This document shows positions 1 to 9,388 of a stretch of 64,000 nt of DNA, piece by piece. The stretch lies in the sequence record OR885871; one strand, 5' to 3'. Position 1 is the stretch's first letter; each line of letters starts with the position of its first letter. Below the pieces are notes generated by a model. It was not told where the DNA came from, made no database searches, and worked only from the letters and a program-made list of their open reading frames with translations. Source of the stretch: Escherichia phage vB_EcoM_JN03. The position numbers and the translations under genes are program-made.

Positions 1-156
1 CTCTAACATTGGCGAAGCAAAAAGATCTTGAGGTCTTTGGAATTGCATTATGGGATGGTTCGTCTACTGGGACGCAAGACATGATCAAGCGCATGAAGAA
101 AGCGGGAATAAATGTCAATATCACTCTCATGGGCAAACCCAAAACCAAACGATTGT

Positions 157-164
157 TATAAATA
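157..164 (+). promoter_or_regulatory. T4-type late promoter candidate (TATAAATA)
   Basis: Exact TATAAATA octamer about 28 nt upstream of the ATG at 192; same spacing as the minus-strand late promoter at 51348-51355. Confidence 0.4.
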
Positions 165-191
165 AATTTGCCACCCATGAGGAGTTATACC

Positions 192-362
192 ATGTTACAA
201 ATACTGTTGGTGCTTTGTGTCGCATTTACCATGTACTTCATGGCGCGCATCTGTTTTATTACTTTAGATGACATGAAGGGTATCCCACGTGACCCCAAAT
301 TCATCTTTCTGAAGAAGTTTGCCAAAAAGTTCTCAGAAAACTTTATTTATCATCTACCATGA
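192..362 (+). CDS. small hydrophobic (membrane) protein, 56 aa
   Basis: ATG at 192 with GAGGAG 7 nt upstream; hydrophobic N-terminus MLQILLVLCVAFTMYF; the longer TTG-initiated ORF in the track lacks an RBS. Confidence 0.4.
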   Translation: MLQILLVLCVAFTMYFMARICFITLDDMKGIPRDPKFIFLKKFAKKFSENFIYHLP

Positions 363-392
363 TTAAATACCCCCAAAATTGGGGGTATTTTT

Positions 393-1121
393 ATGAACGC
401 ACAAATCTACGATGTCCTTTCCTCTGGTAACGCATTTAGCAATCCGCTTCCGTCCCTCTCCGGTCCCTCACAGGATTTAATCACCAGTGGTAGTACCAAT
501 ATACCATTGATAACTGCCAACGCGACTCCGGAAATGCAGGTGGCTATGTCAGCAGGTGGATTAACACCAGATAAACTTACAGCAGCCACAAACATGTATA
601 GCTCTGCCAACACGGGGATAACGACACTGAACACATATGGCGACCAGAGCATAAATGAAGCGTATTCAAGAATTGGGACTTCCGTTTCATATAAATCAGG
701 TTTGAAAAGTATATCACGGGAACCAAACAATTGTGACCTGATCAACAAAGCATTCGGTGTTATTCAGGATCTAGGCCGCCAATGGTTAAACGCTATGGAA
801 GGCGCTCTCCAGACTGTGACTAACAAGATATCGGAATTGTATGACATGATTATGGAAGGTGCCTCAGAAGGGATGGCAAAACTACAGCAATTGGCTGCTG
901 AAGTAACAGGACATATCAATGAGGCAATAACCGCCGTCAATGGAGTTATAAATGATATCACCGATGGGATAGCTGCAGAACTTGCTCATATTGAAAGTAT
1001 GATCAAAGAATGTCTAAACTTCTCTTTTGCGAATGTTCTTGGAGAATGGGCCAAAGATCTCTGTGCTGGAGGCGTTATTGATAAAATAGGGACTCCAGAA
1101 TTAAAAGAGTCCCTGAAATAA
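393..1121 (+). CDS. hypothetical protein, 242 aa
   Basis: Long ORF, ATG with GGGGGT RBS embedded in an upstream hairpin; no recognisable motifs. Confidence 0.55.
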   Translation: MNAQIYDVLSSGNAFSNPLPSLSGPSQDLITSGSTNIPLITANATPEMQVAMSAGGLTPDKLTAATNMYSSANTGITTLNTYGDQSINEAYSRIGTSVSYKSGLKSISREPNNCDLINKAFGVIQDLGRQWLNAMEGALQTVTNKISELYDMIMEGASEGMAKLQQLAAEVTGHINEAITAVNGVINDITDGIAAELAHIESMIKECLNFSFANVLGEWAKDLCAGGVIDKIGTPELKESLK

Positions 1122-1742
1122 TCAATGTCTAGCGGGGAGAACTCCCACTGGTTCGATACCTTCCATCACCAGGGAGTTCACCCCAACATCACTCATTCGA
1201 ATCCATACTTTACCGCCTGGTCTTATTTCATAGATGTTCATTTCATTACCCACAGCAGATCCATTAACGAAAACACCCTGAGTGGCAATTCGGATCGGAG
1301 ATTTGGTGTTATTAACTATCTGAAATGATATTGCAACGTCTCTGGTGATTTCTACGTCCCTTGCTTGAGTATTCCTTCTGAGTTTGTCAAAGAAAGAAGG
1401 GTTGAAAGTCGCTATGATGCTATTATTCTGAGAGTAATAAATACTTGCGGATAGATATGGGATCTTTCCTTCGTCACCTTTCCTCAATAGGGGAATCGTG
1501 GTTTTCCAGTATGGTCTCAGTGACTGGTTGTTATCATCAAAACAACCAACAGCTTGAAGAGTCTGGAAGTTCTGAAAATCAGATACTACTTGATTCAGAA
1601 TATTTTTATTGCATTTATCAATGTCGGCTGAGATGTTAACAGGTATGGTTCTGATTTCAGGATCCCAGAGGTCGGTTACAGAAATGACGGACGTGACAAA
1701 GATACGGCAACTTGTGAGTGCAAGCACCATTATCATCGTCAT
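1122..1742 (-). CDS. putative lipoprotein, about 207 aa
   Basis: Minus-strand ORF; internal ATG gives MTMIMVLALTSC with a lipobox-like LTSC cysteine; no competing plus-strand ORF over 70 aa; RBS weak. Confidence 0.45.
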   Translation of the reverse strand: MTMIMVLALTSCRIFVTSVISVTDLWDPEIRTIPVNISADIDKCNKNILNQVVSDFQNFQTLQAVGCFDDNNQSLRPYWKTTIPLLRKGDEGKIPYLSASIYYSQNNSIIATFNPSFFDKLRRNTQARDVEITRDVAISFQIVNNTKSPIRIATQGVFVNGSAVGNEMNIYEIRPGGKVWIRMSDVGVNSLVMEGIEPVGVLPARH

Positions 1743-1805
1743 GATCCATTTTCTGAATCCGCGTGTCAGGAACACTAAAACGTTCTCCACAGCAAAGGTG
1801 CTAAC

Positions 1806-2303
1806 ATGACAGGTGTACAATTCAAAAACGAAAATCCTAATTTCGCGGCTTCCGATAAATGGCGCTTAACTATCGGAGACCTGATATTGCTTACTCGTTC
1901 AATACATGACTTCAGTATTCCTGGAGTGTATTCTGAAGGTATCGAGGGTCCATCCCCTGGCGATGTGCTCAACTCCATACCTTCAGAACGTCTCACGTAT
2001 GACCCCATCGTATTTACGTTCGTTATCGATGAGAGTTGGTACAACTGGGAACAGATTTACAATTGGATTGCGTCTAATGCTGGATCTGATTTAGCTGTTA
2101 GCCGCGACATCACCATCGACCTTCTTGATAACATGAATCGACCTATTGGTCTACAATTGTTGTTGGAAGAAGCCCGTCCCACAGCTTTGGATAACGTATT
2201 GGTGGATGTGGATGCTGCGGTTCCCCAACTGGTCACGACTGTTACGTTCAAATATTTGAAACTGACTCCGACTCGCGTCACCCGCGAAATTGATAAACAA
2301 TAA
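1806..2303 (+). CDS. hypothetical protein, 165 aa
   Basis: ATG with AAAGGTG RBS; sits upstream of the uvsY-like/uvsW block. Confidence 0.55.
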   Translation: MTGVQFKNENPNFAASDKWRLTIGDLILLTRSIHDFSIPGVYSEGIEGPSPGDVLNSIPSERLTYDPIVFTFVIDESWYNWEQIYNWIASNAGSDLAVSRDITIDLLDNMNRPIGLQLLLEEARPTALDNVLVDVDAAVPQLVTTVTFKYLKLTPTRVTREIDKQ

Positions 2304-2341
2304 GTTATAATACAGAGAGTTGAAACAGCAGGGAATAAATC

Positions 2342-2797
2342 ATGAGCGAAACAAAACTTGAAACGATGAAAACCGAAGATATAATGGCAGAATTGGAACC
2401 TCTTATTTCGGTAAATCCTGAAGACATGAACTTGGACCAAATGTCATTGAAAATTGGTCGTTCGTGGATGACTGTGCAACGCCATTATATTCGTGAAGGA
2501 AGATATCTGGAGTATCTAACTGGCAAATTCCGCCAAATAGATCTCTATTTACGCCGATTTTATGCAGGGGAATTGCCGCCCAACGTTTATGTTGAACGCC
2601 CATTAAAAGTTCGACCCCTGAAATCTGATATAGATGTATGGGTAAAAGCAGATGATGATTATATCGAATTGTCTAGCATGCTTCAAGAGCAGAAAGCCAA
2701 AGTCAAGTTCATCGAAAGTTGCTTAGATCGTTTGAACAAACTCGGATATGAAGTGAAGAATGCTATTGATTGGCGAAAATATTTGGATGGGATGTAA
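2342..2797 (+). CDS. putative recombination mediator (UvsY-like)
   Basis: 151-aa protein whose C-terminal half loosely matches the T4 UvsY pattern as recalled from memory; positioned two genes upstream of uvsW, as in T4. Confidence 0.4.
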   Translation: MSETKLETMKTEDIMAELEPLISVNPEDMNLDQMSLKIGRSWMTVQRHYIREGRYLEYLTGKFRQIDLYLRRFYAGELPPNVYVERPLKVRPLKSDIDVWVKADDDYIELSSMLQEQKAKVKFIESCLDRLNKLGYEVKNAIDWRKYLDGM

Positions 2798-3543
2798 TGG
2801 TTTCTCTACAGGCTTTGCGCAAACTTAATGACTTTGAAAATCGTCATCATACATTTCAGCAATATTCCTTGCCGTTTAAGGAACTGACTTGCGTAACTAC
2901 CGAAAATGGTCGTCACTATGTTTCTCCCACTGGAGTCAAACTGACTTCAGTGACGACCATGTTAGGGCGTACTGGTGACCACACATGGTTAGAAGCCTGG
3001 CGGGACAAGTTGGGGCATGAAGCTGCTGATATAGAAACGCATCGTTGCGCAGACCGTGGGGAAAAACTTCATTTGGCTTGTGAGTTGTATCTCAAAAACA
3101 GACCAATGAAAGAAGTTCTGGAAGCTGCAGGGGAATACGTGTTTATGTTCAAACAGGTTTTCCCCTACCTTAACAAAATGAGCAAGATATATGCACAAGA
3201 GATTCCATTATATAGCGAAGTCCTGGGTCTTGCTGGTCGTGTTGACCTCATCGGGGTTTACGAAGGAATTCCAAGCATAATCGATTTCAAAACATCCAAC
3301 ACCCTAAAAACTCGAAGCATGATAGAAGATTATAGTATTCAATTGTGTCTATACTCAGTCATGTTTCAACAAATGTTTAATGTCAAGATAGAGCGTTTAA
3401 TCAATATTATATCCAACGAAAATGCCCTTGTTCCCACCATAATCGAATTCGATCGCAAAGACGTTATTTCTAAAATGTTTGACCGTGTCCGTCTGTATCA
3501 CAAAATGGACAAAGAACAGAAAGGAATCTGGGCGGATCGCTAA
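2797..3543 (+). CDS. PD-(D/E)xK-type nuclease-like protein
   Basis: TAATG overlap with the upstream gene; motifs GRVDLIGV and IIDFKTS resemble D...(D/E)xK nuclease signatures. Confidence 0.4.
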   Translation: MVSLQALRKLNDFENRHHTFQQYSLPFKELTCVTTENGRHYVSPTGVKLTSVTTMLGRTGDHTWLEAWRDKLGHEAADIETHRCADRGEKLHLACELYLKNRPMKEVLEAAGEYVFMFKQVFPYLNKMSKIYAQEIPLYSEVLGLAGRVDLIGVYEGIPSIIDFKTSNTLKTRSMIEDYSIQLCLYSVMFQQMFNVKIERLINIISNENALVPTIIEFDRKDVISKMFDRVRLYHKMDKEQKGIWADR

Positions 3544-3572
3544 ATACTCCATAATATTGGGGGAAATTAGTG

Positions 3573-5072
3573 ATGTCTGAGATCCAAATAGTCAAAGTGA
3601 ACGAAGTTAGAATGCGGATCCTTGCCGAGGATTATATCCGTGAAGAACTCAACGATTACTTCAAATTTGAAGATCCTAATTTCCAACCGAATCCGTTCAG
3701 TAAATGGGACGGCGTAGTGCGGTTGTTCACAAAGAGTTCTGGGCTTATCGACATCGGCCTGTTATTTGAGGTGTTCAAATTCTGTAAGATGAACGGTTAC
3801 ACCATCAAATTAGATCCGGCCTTAAAATATATTCAAGATATTCCGGATGAAGAAATTCATGCGTTCATCGATACATTGAATGCGGTGTACCGAGACGAAA
3901 ACAAACAATATCAAAAAGCGATTGTCCGCGATTATCAATTTGATTCTGTTGCCACAGCAATACGCCAAAGCAGATGTGTCCTCGAAGCTGCCACGAGTGC
4001 TGGCAAATCCTTTATTTTGTACATCATGGCGCGTTACTACAGGCAACGCAGAGATGCCCTCGAAAGTAATCTGAGGACGTTAATCGTTGTACCATCCATT
4101 CATTTGGTGACTCAGTTGTATGACAACTTCGAAGAATATAGCCACGGGACAGAATGGAAACCATTGATGAATGTCCAGACAATATACGAAGGGGCAACGA
4201 AAGAGATTTTCAAACCCATAGTTATTTCAACTTGGCAAGGTATCCAGAACCAACCCAAAGAGTGGTTCCATCAATTTGGAGATATCGTCGTCGACGAAGT
4301 ACATACATCAAAATCAGATAAATTGTCTTACATCTTGAATAACTGTATTAACGCTGATCAACGTTTGGGAGTAACCGGAACCCTGGCGAATACAAAGGTC
4401 GCAGGGTTACAAGTCGTTGCTCACTTTGGCGCATATCATAAAATTATTACAGCGCGCGATTTAATCGATCTAGGATTTGCGGCGGACATCAATGTTAATA
4501 TGATTGAAGTCATACATCCTATGGCAGACTGTATTGAAATGCACGGTGCTGAGTATCAAAAGGAAATAGAATTCCTCATTGCTAACGAACGCCGCAATGA
4601 ATTGATAGCTCGAATGGCTCTATCTTTGAAAGGGAACGTCGCAGTAATGTTCGAACGTATCGATGCACACATGATGTTGGTTTATGAAATGCTATCGGCA
4701 GTCAAGAAAAACGTATTCGTCATCAACGGGGAAGTCAAGACAGAAGTTCGTAAACAGATTCAGGCTGCTATGGAAGAAGGGGAAGATATAACACTGTTAG
4801 CATCATATGGCACTATGCAACAGGGCGTATCTATCAAAAAACTCCATCATCTGATTTTGGCCCATCCCAGCAAATCTTATATCCGTGTTATACAGACATT
4901 GGGGCGTTTGATGCGTCAGCATTCCTCTAAGGATGTTGCGCGAATCTGGGACCTGGTAGACAACCTGCGCTACAACGGTTCTTACAACCATGCTCTCAGG
5001 CATTCTCATGAGAGATATAAATTTTATCTTATGGAGCGCCACCCTGTTAAAATGAAAAAAGTGGCGCTCTAA
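3573..5072 (+). CDS. uvsW: UvsW-like SF2 DNA helicase
   Basis: Walker A ATSAGKS, DEVH-type box VVDEVHT, C-terminal HPSKSYIRVIQTLGRLMR; blocks recalled from T4 UvsW (VISTWQGIQNQPKEW, ARIWDLVDN) are present. Confidence 0.85.
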   Translation: MSEIQIVKVNEVRMRILAEDYIREELNDYFKFEDPNFQPNPFSKWDGVVRLFTKSSGLIDIGLLFEVFKFCKMNGYTIKLDPALKYIQDIPDEEIHAFIDTLNAVYRDENKQYQKAIVRDYQFDSVATAIRQSRCVLEAATSAGKSFILYIMARYYRQRRDALESNLRTLIVVPSIHLVTQLYDNFEEYSHGTEWKPLMNVQTIYEGATKEIFKPIVISTWQGIQNQPKEWFHQFGDIVVDEVHTSKSDKLSYILNNCINADQRLGVTGTLANTKVAGLQVVAHFGAYHKIITARDLIDLGFAADINVNMIEVIHPMADCIEMHGAEYQKEIEFLIANERRNELIARMALSLKGNVAVMFERIDAHMMLVYEMLSAVKKNVFVINGEVKTEVRKQIQAAMEEGEDITLLASYGTMQQGVSIKKLHHLILAHPSKSYIRVIQTLGRLMRQHSSKDVARIWDLVDNLRYNGSYNHALRHSHERYKFYLMERHPVKMKKVAL

Positions 5073-5077
5073 CTATT

Positions 5078-5443
5078 TCAAAGATCTTGGTTCACATAGG
5101 CGGGGGTTGCCTCGCCTTCTTTGTTGGAACCAAATAAACAGTCGATCGTGCCAATACATTGTTGTAGCACTTTCGGCTCAAGAATCTGAGAAAACAATTC
5201 TTCATTAGATGCCAGCAATGGAACAACTTTCACTTCCCGCGCCTGGCCTTGTTGAATAATGCCAACATACAGACCTTTGTTATTTGGGAGTAATGGTATC
5301 ACCATCATCGGTGTCACAACAAACCCCGATGTACAGAAAAGGCTTTGTAAATAAACGCCTTTTAATGACGAACGTTGTTCTGATATGGAAAGAATTGCTT
5401 CTTGGTCTTCCCCTACTGCGTATAAACCAACAAATTGCTTCAT
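5078..5443 (-). CDS. hypothetical protein, 121 aa
   Basis: Minus-strand ORF convergent with uvsW; ATG start with weak GAGAAA RBS. Confidence 0.4.
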   Translation of the reverse strand: MKQFVGLYAVGEDQEAILSISEQRSSLKGVYLQSLFCTSGFVVTPMMVIPLLPNNKGLYVGIIQQGQAREVKVVPLLASNEELFSQILEPKVLQQCIGTIDCLFGSNKEGEATPAYVNQDL

Positions 5444-5781
5444 ATGTATTTCTCGCGTGTTAGCAAACTTGGCTACATAATAATGTCATGCTCTGTTTAG
5501 ACCAAATAAAATATTTTACTTGTTGAATAAAAATCGCTTTCTTGTTGAACAATCCGTGCGTAATATACGAGTTGTGAGCTTTGCGAGCAACGAGTATTAT
5601 CACGAGCGAAGCGAGTAGACTGATAAAGAAAGGTTTTATTAAAACAGAATATTATAAATGCCGTCAGGCATTTATTTATCGCGCGTAGGGCAATTTATCA
5701 CTTGTTCTATAACTACAAACACGCGATACTAATTTGCGTCAAATATGACTTGAACCCCACTATATTTTGAGGATACAACTA

Positions 5782-6450
5782 ATGCAAGAGATCACTCTCT
5801 CCGAACGCACTTTACAACTGCTGGCTAACTTTGAAACCATCTGCCCCTCTATCGTTCTGGCACCTGGTAAAAAGTTGCGCACTGTTAACGATTCCAGTAC
5901 AGTTATCGCTATTGCCGACATTGACGAAGACTTCCCGTTCGAATTCCCGATTCTGGATCTGACCAAATTGCTGGCAATCCAGCGTCTGCCGAGTTTTAAA
6001 GGCGGTAAAATTGAAATGTCGGAAGACCACATTTTGCTGAAAGGTGAAAACTCCCAACTGCAATTCTGGCGTTCCGCTAAAGAACTGACTGTCGTTCCAG
6101 CAGACAGCATCGATCTTCCGTCTGTAGAATTTGAAGCAACAGTCACTCCTGAAAAAATGAAAGAGCTGACTCGCGCCTGTTCTACTCTGGGCCACAAAAC
6201 TGTACGCCTGGTGGCCAGCGGCGGTAAAACTCGTCTGGTGGGCACGACCACTACTATCGACAATTCCAACGATTACACTGTTGAGTTGGGTGAAACAACT
6301 CTGGGTGATTTTGCTATGCCTGTTGATGTGGTCAACCTGAAAATGATCGAAGGCAACTACGTGATCCGCGCCTGTGCCGAAATGCAACTGGTTAACTTCC
6401 AATCCGCAGACGGCACCATCAACTATTACGTCGGCATGCAGCTGGATTAA
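5782..6450 (+). CDS. 45: DNA polymerase sliding clamp (gp45-like)
   Basis: About 222 aa, GAGGA RBS, highly biased codon usage; loose similarity to T4 gp45 and immediately upstream of clamp-loader genes. Confidence 0.75.
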   Translation: MQEITLSERTLQLLANFETICPSIVLAPGKKLRTVNDSSTVIAIADIDEDFPFEFPILDLTKLLAIQRLPSFKGGKIEMSEDHILLKGENSQLQFWRSAKELTVVPADSIDLPSVEFEATVTPEKMKELTRACSTLGHKTVRLVASGGKTRLVGTTTTIDNSNDYTVELGETTLGDFAMPVDVVNLKMIEGNYVIRACAEMQLVNFQSADGTINYYVGMQLD

Positions 6451-6480
6451 TCAATAACGATTCGGCGCTTTATTATCGGT

Positions 6481-6505
6481 GGCGGGGGTTTCCCCGCCCT
6501 TTGAA
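6481..6505 (+). terminator. weak hairpin/attenuator between gp45 and gp44
   Basis: GGCGGGG-gttt-CCCCGCC stem-loop followed by a short T run. Confidence 0.35.
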
Positions 6506-6528
6506 ACGTTTTATCTAAAGAGGCTGCA

Positions 6529-7518
6529 ATGTCTAACATCACTATCGTCACAGATCAATACGCGTGGGAAAACAAATATCGTCCTGACAATCTGGATGAG
6601 ATCGTCCTCCCTTCAGACGTCCGTGCAAAAATCCATGGCTATGTTACATCAGGCAATGGAAACATCCCCTCAATGCTGTTCTATTCCCCTCAGCCTGGCA
6701 CGGGCAAGACTACTTCTGCTCTGGCTGTGTGCAACGAAATCGGTTGTATCAAACCGTTGATGATCAATGCGTCACTGGATAACAGCATTGATGTCATCCG
6801 TGACCGTGTTATTCAATACGCAACTGGCGTCAGTGTTTTCGGTGGCCGCAAAGTCGTTATCCTCGATGAAGTTGAGCGACTTTCCATGGCGGCGCAGGAA
6901 TCCCTGAAAGGCATCGTAGAGAAAGTCTCCAAAAACTGCTCCTTCATCCTGACGACTAATGCGAAACAGCGCGTTAACGAACCTCTGCGTTCCCGCTGTC
7001 GTGAAATTGATTTTATCTGGTCCGAAAAGGAAGCAGATGAAGTTAAACTCCAATTCATGCGTCGTTGCGCAACTATCCTGACAGAGGAAGGTATTCCGTA
7101 TGAAGCTGGTGTAATTGCTTCCATTGTGAAAGCATATTTCCCAGATAATCGCAAAATTATGGGAACTCTTCAGGATAATGCCACCACGTTTGGTAAAATC
7201 GATGAACGCGCTCTGGCACAGGTTAAAGCAGGGGAATTCCAAGCGCTGGTTGATTTCCTGAAAACCAATGATTGGGCTGGGATGAAGCAGTGGGTGACCG
7301 ACAACCAAAACTACATCACTGAAGATTTTTATTCCCGTTTCTTCCATTTCTGCGTTCCCCAGAACAAGGAAAAGACTCCTTTGATTCAAAAAGAGTCAAT
7401 CCCTGATCTGGTATGTGTCTGTGGTCAGTCTCAGATTGAACATCGTTCCGTCGGCGACGTCTGGTTACACGGCGTTTACTTCTTGACTAACGTCATGCTC
7501 AACATCAAATGGAAGTAA
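6529..7518 (+). CDS. 44: clamp loader large subunit (gp44-like AAA+ ATPase)
   Basis: Walker A PQPGTGKTT, Walker B ILDEVE, SRC-like arginine motif; AAAGAGG RBS. Confidence 0.9.
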   Translation: MSNITIVTDQYAWENKYRPDNLDEIVLPSDVRAKIHGYVTSGNGNIPSMLFYSPQPGTGKTTSALAVCNEIGCIKPLMINASLDNSIDVIRDRVIQYATGVSVFGGRKVVILDEVERLSMAAQESLKGIVEKVSKNCSFILTTNAKQRVNEPLRSRCREIDFIWSEKEADEVKLQFMRRCATILTEEGIPYEAGVIASIVKAYFPDNRKIMGTLQDNATTFGKIDERALAQVKAGEFQALVDFLKTNDWAGMKQWVTDNQNYITEDFYSRFFHFCVPQNKEKTPLIQKESIPDLVCVCGQSQIEHRSVGDVWLHGVYFLTNVMLNIKWK

Positions 7519-7522
7519 TATT

Positions 7523-7945
7523 ATGGCCGCTCCGTCACTGTTCGATTACCTCGGTGCGTTGAATAGCACCAAAGAGAATCTGTTGATGACCGAAGACCCC
7601 GAAATCAGAAAGGCATTTGATCCTTTCATGACTCGGCGCGGCCTTGCTCAGAGTAAAGACACGCTTGTGGTTGCTGAACAAATGAACCGCTTCCATGCCA
7701 TTACTCCTTGGATGCAATGGAACCTGGCGTTTCATAGCATTCCGGCAAAACGTCGCTATGACAAGTGGTCTAAGAAGGGAGCTATGGATCCTGATGTAAA
7801 ATTGATTTCTGAGTATTATTACATCAGTCCTGAAAAGGCTTCAGAATATGTTCGATTCCTGCCGAAAGAAGTCCTGGCTGAAATCAAGGCGAAGGTCGAA
7901 CGTTCCAACAGCAACGAAAAAGCCAAACCGCGCAAGGCTAAGTAA
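7523..7945 (+). CDS. 62: clamp loader small subunit (gp62-like)
   Basis: Follows gp44 with a 4-nt gap; IPAKRRYDKWSKK resembles the T4 gp62 segment as recalled. Confidence 0.65.
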   Translation: MAAPSLFDYLGALNSTKENLLMTEDPEIRKAFDPFMTRRGLAQSKDTLVVAEQMNRFHAITPWMQWNLAFHSIPAKRRYDKWSKKGAMDPDVKLISEYYYISPEKASEYVRFLPKEVLAEIKAKVERSNSNEKAKPRKAK

Positions 7946-7974
7946 TTCAAATAATTGTTAAAGGGGTATGAGTC

Positions 7975-8439
7975 ATGGCGCGTAATACGCTGGACATCTT
8001 AAAACTTTCAGCTGTCAACGATGAGGCCAGCATTGTTGACTGTATGGTTGAAGTTCAATTGAACCAAGACAAACCAGGGATTTTCCTGGGTATCAAGGAA
8101 ACGCTGAGTCGGATAGGGGTTAACACTCGTCAAGAGCCTAACACCTTGTATCAAACGTGCCATATTCTGCATAAATTTGGCAGATATCACATCGTGCATT
8201 TCAAGCATTTGTTCATGCTAGATGGGCACTACAACGGCTTTACGCGTGAAGATGTCCTGCGTATGAATCGGATTATACGGCTTCTGGAGCAATGGAATAT
8301 GGTTAAGATCTTGCATCCGGAACAAATAACCGAAGTGGCTGACATGTCTCGGATCAAAGTTGTAAAACATGACCAAGTTTCTGAGTGGAAATTGGTTCCA
8401 AAATACACCATTCGCCCAAGTCGGGCAAAAAGCGAATAA
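7975..8439 (+). CDS. regA: translational repressor RegA
   Basis: ETLSRIGV...LYQTCHILHKFGRYHIVHFKHLFMLDGH...WKLVPKYTI matches the T4 RegA pattern; conserved position after gp62. Confidence 0.8.
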   Translation: MARNTLDILKLSAVNDEASIVDCMVEVQLNQDKPGIFLGIKETLSRIGVNTRQEPNTLYQTCHILHKFGRYHIVHFKHLFMLDGHYNGFTREDVLRMNRIIRLLEQWNMVKILHPEQITEVADMSRIKVVKHDQVSEWKLVPKYTIRPSRAKSE

Positions 8440-8455
8440 CTGGAGTCGCTATATT

Positions 8456-9319
8456 ATGACAACTACATTTAATAAAAACGTGAGATTGAATTTGGCTTTT
8501 GGTAATGCGGCTGGAGATATTACAGCCCCTGACTTCGGTAAAATTCGCAATCAGGCCAAACTGGTTCTGGAAGAGACCCGCGAATTACTGGAAGCGGCTT
8601 ATTTCGATCATGACATCAAACTTGAGCTGGTGGCAACTCCAAAAGAAGACACCGATGATGTTGATATGGATAAAATCCTGAAAGCCATCATGGACGCTCA
8701 GGGTGATATCACAACTGTTAATGACGGCGTGGCCCATATCGCTGGGTTTAATGGTGATGAATGTTTACAACGCGTGTTTGCCTCTAACATGAGCAAATTT
8801 ATTCGCTCAGAAGATGAAGTCGGTCCGGCACTGGAATATTATTATTCACGCGGTTTCCCAGATGGCCAGTTACGCGTTGAAGGTGAATTCCCTCAGGCAT
8901 GCATCAAAGTGAATGAGACTGTGATGTGGAATGGCAAAGAATATCCGAAAGGAAAATTCCTGAAAAACATGGCTGTGTTCAAAGAGCCTGATTTCTCTGA
9001 TATGCTGACGAATACCCCTTCCCGTCAGATCAATGACATCGTTGCCAGCATGGCAATTGAAGAAGGTCAGGTATTTATTGATGATCTGAACGGCGTGGCG
9101 TTGGTATCTCCAAAAACGTTGGAAGTAATTCTTTCTATGGCAGTTGAAAAATCTTCTCGACCCGTAGATGTTAACGGCCAAATTGAAAGTTATGTGCCAG
9201 CGTATATCATTAACGATACCAATATGCCTAAGCTGTGTGGGGTGTGGGGTGCTAATGTTCGTGTATACGCGTGCGCACCTGTTCAAAACACTGTGACACA
9301 CCTCTCTCGCTTCGATTAA
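8456..9319 (+). CDS. MazG-like all-alpha NTP pyrophosphohydrolase domain protein (N-terminal) with unknown C-terminal domain
   Basis: N-terminal AKLVLEETRELLEAAYFDHD and NMSKFIRSE resemble MazG/HisE EExxE/D motifs; 287 aa. Confidence 0.35.
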   Translation: MTTTFNKNVRLNLAFGNAAGDITAPDFGKIRNQAKLVLEETRELLEAAYFDHDIKLELVATPKEDTDDVDMDKILKAIMDAQGDITTVNDGVAHIAGFNGDECLQRVFASNMSKFIRSEDEVGPALEYYYSRGFPDGQLRVEGEFPQACIKVNETVMWNGKEYPKGKFLKNMAVFKEPDFSDMLTNTPSRQINDIVASMAIEEGQVFIDDLNGVALVSPKTLEVILSMAVEKSSRPVDVNGQIESYVPAYIINDTNMPKLCGVWGANVRVYACAPVQNTVTHLSRFD

Positions 9320-9342
9320 TATAATCCGTTATTCACTAAACA

Positions 9343-9369
9343 ACAGAGGCTATAATGGCCTCTGTTTTT
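9343..9369 (+). terminator. rho-independent terminator
   Basis: ACAGAGGC-tataatg-GCCTCTGT hairpin followed by TTTTTG. Confidence 0.6.
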
Positions 9370-9388
9370 GTATTCTAGAGAGGATACC

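Noticed and set aside
50-271. 73-aa ORF at the window start
   Set aside because: No RBS, overlaps the better-supported small membrane ORF at 192-362 and contains the late-promoter motif; probably non-coding.
1140-1152. tRNA-like T-arm string GGTTCGATACC
   Set aside because: No acceptor stem, anticodon arm or D-arm could be folded around it, and it lies inside a long minus-strand ORF; no convincing tRNA was found anywhere in the window.
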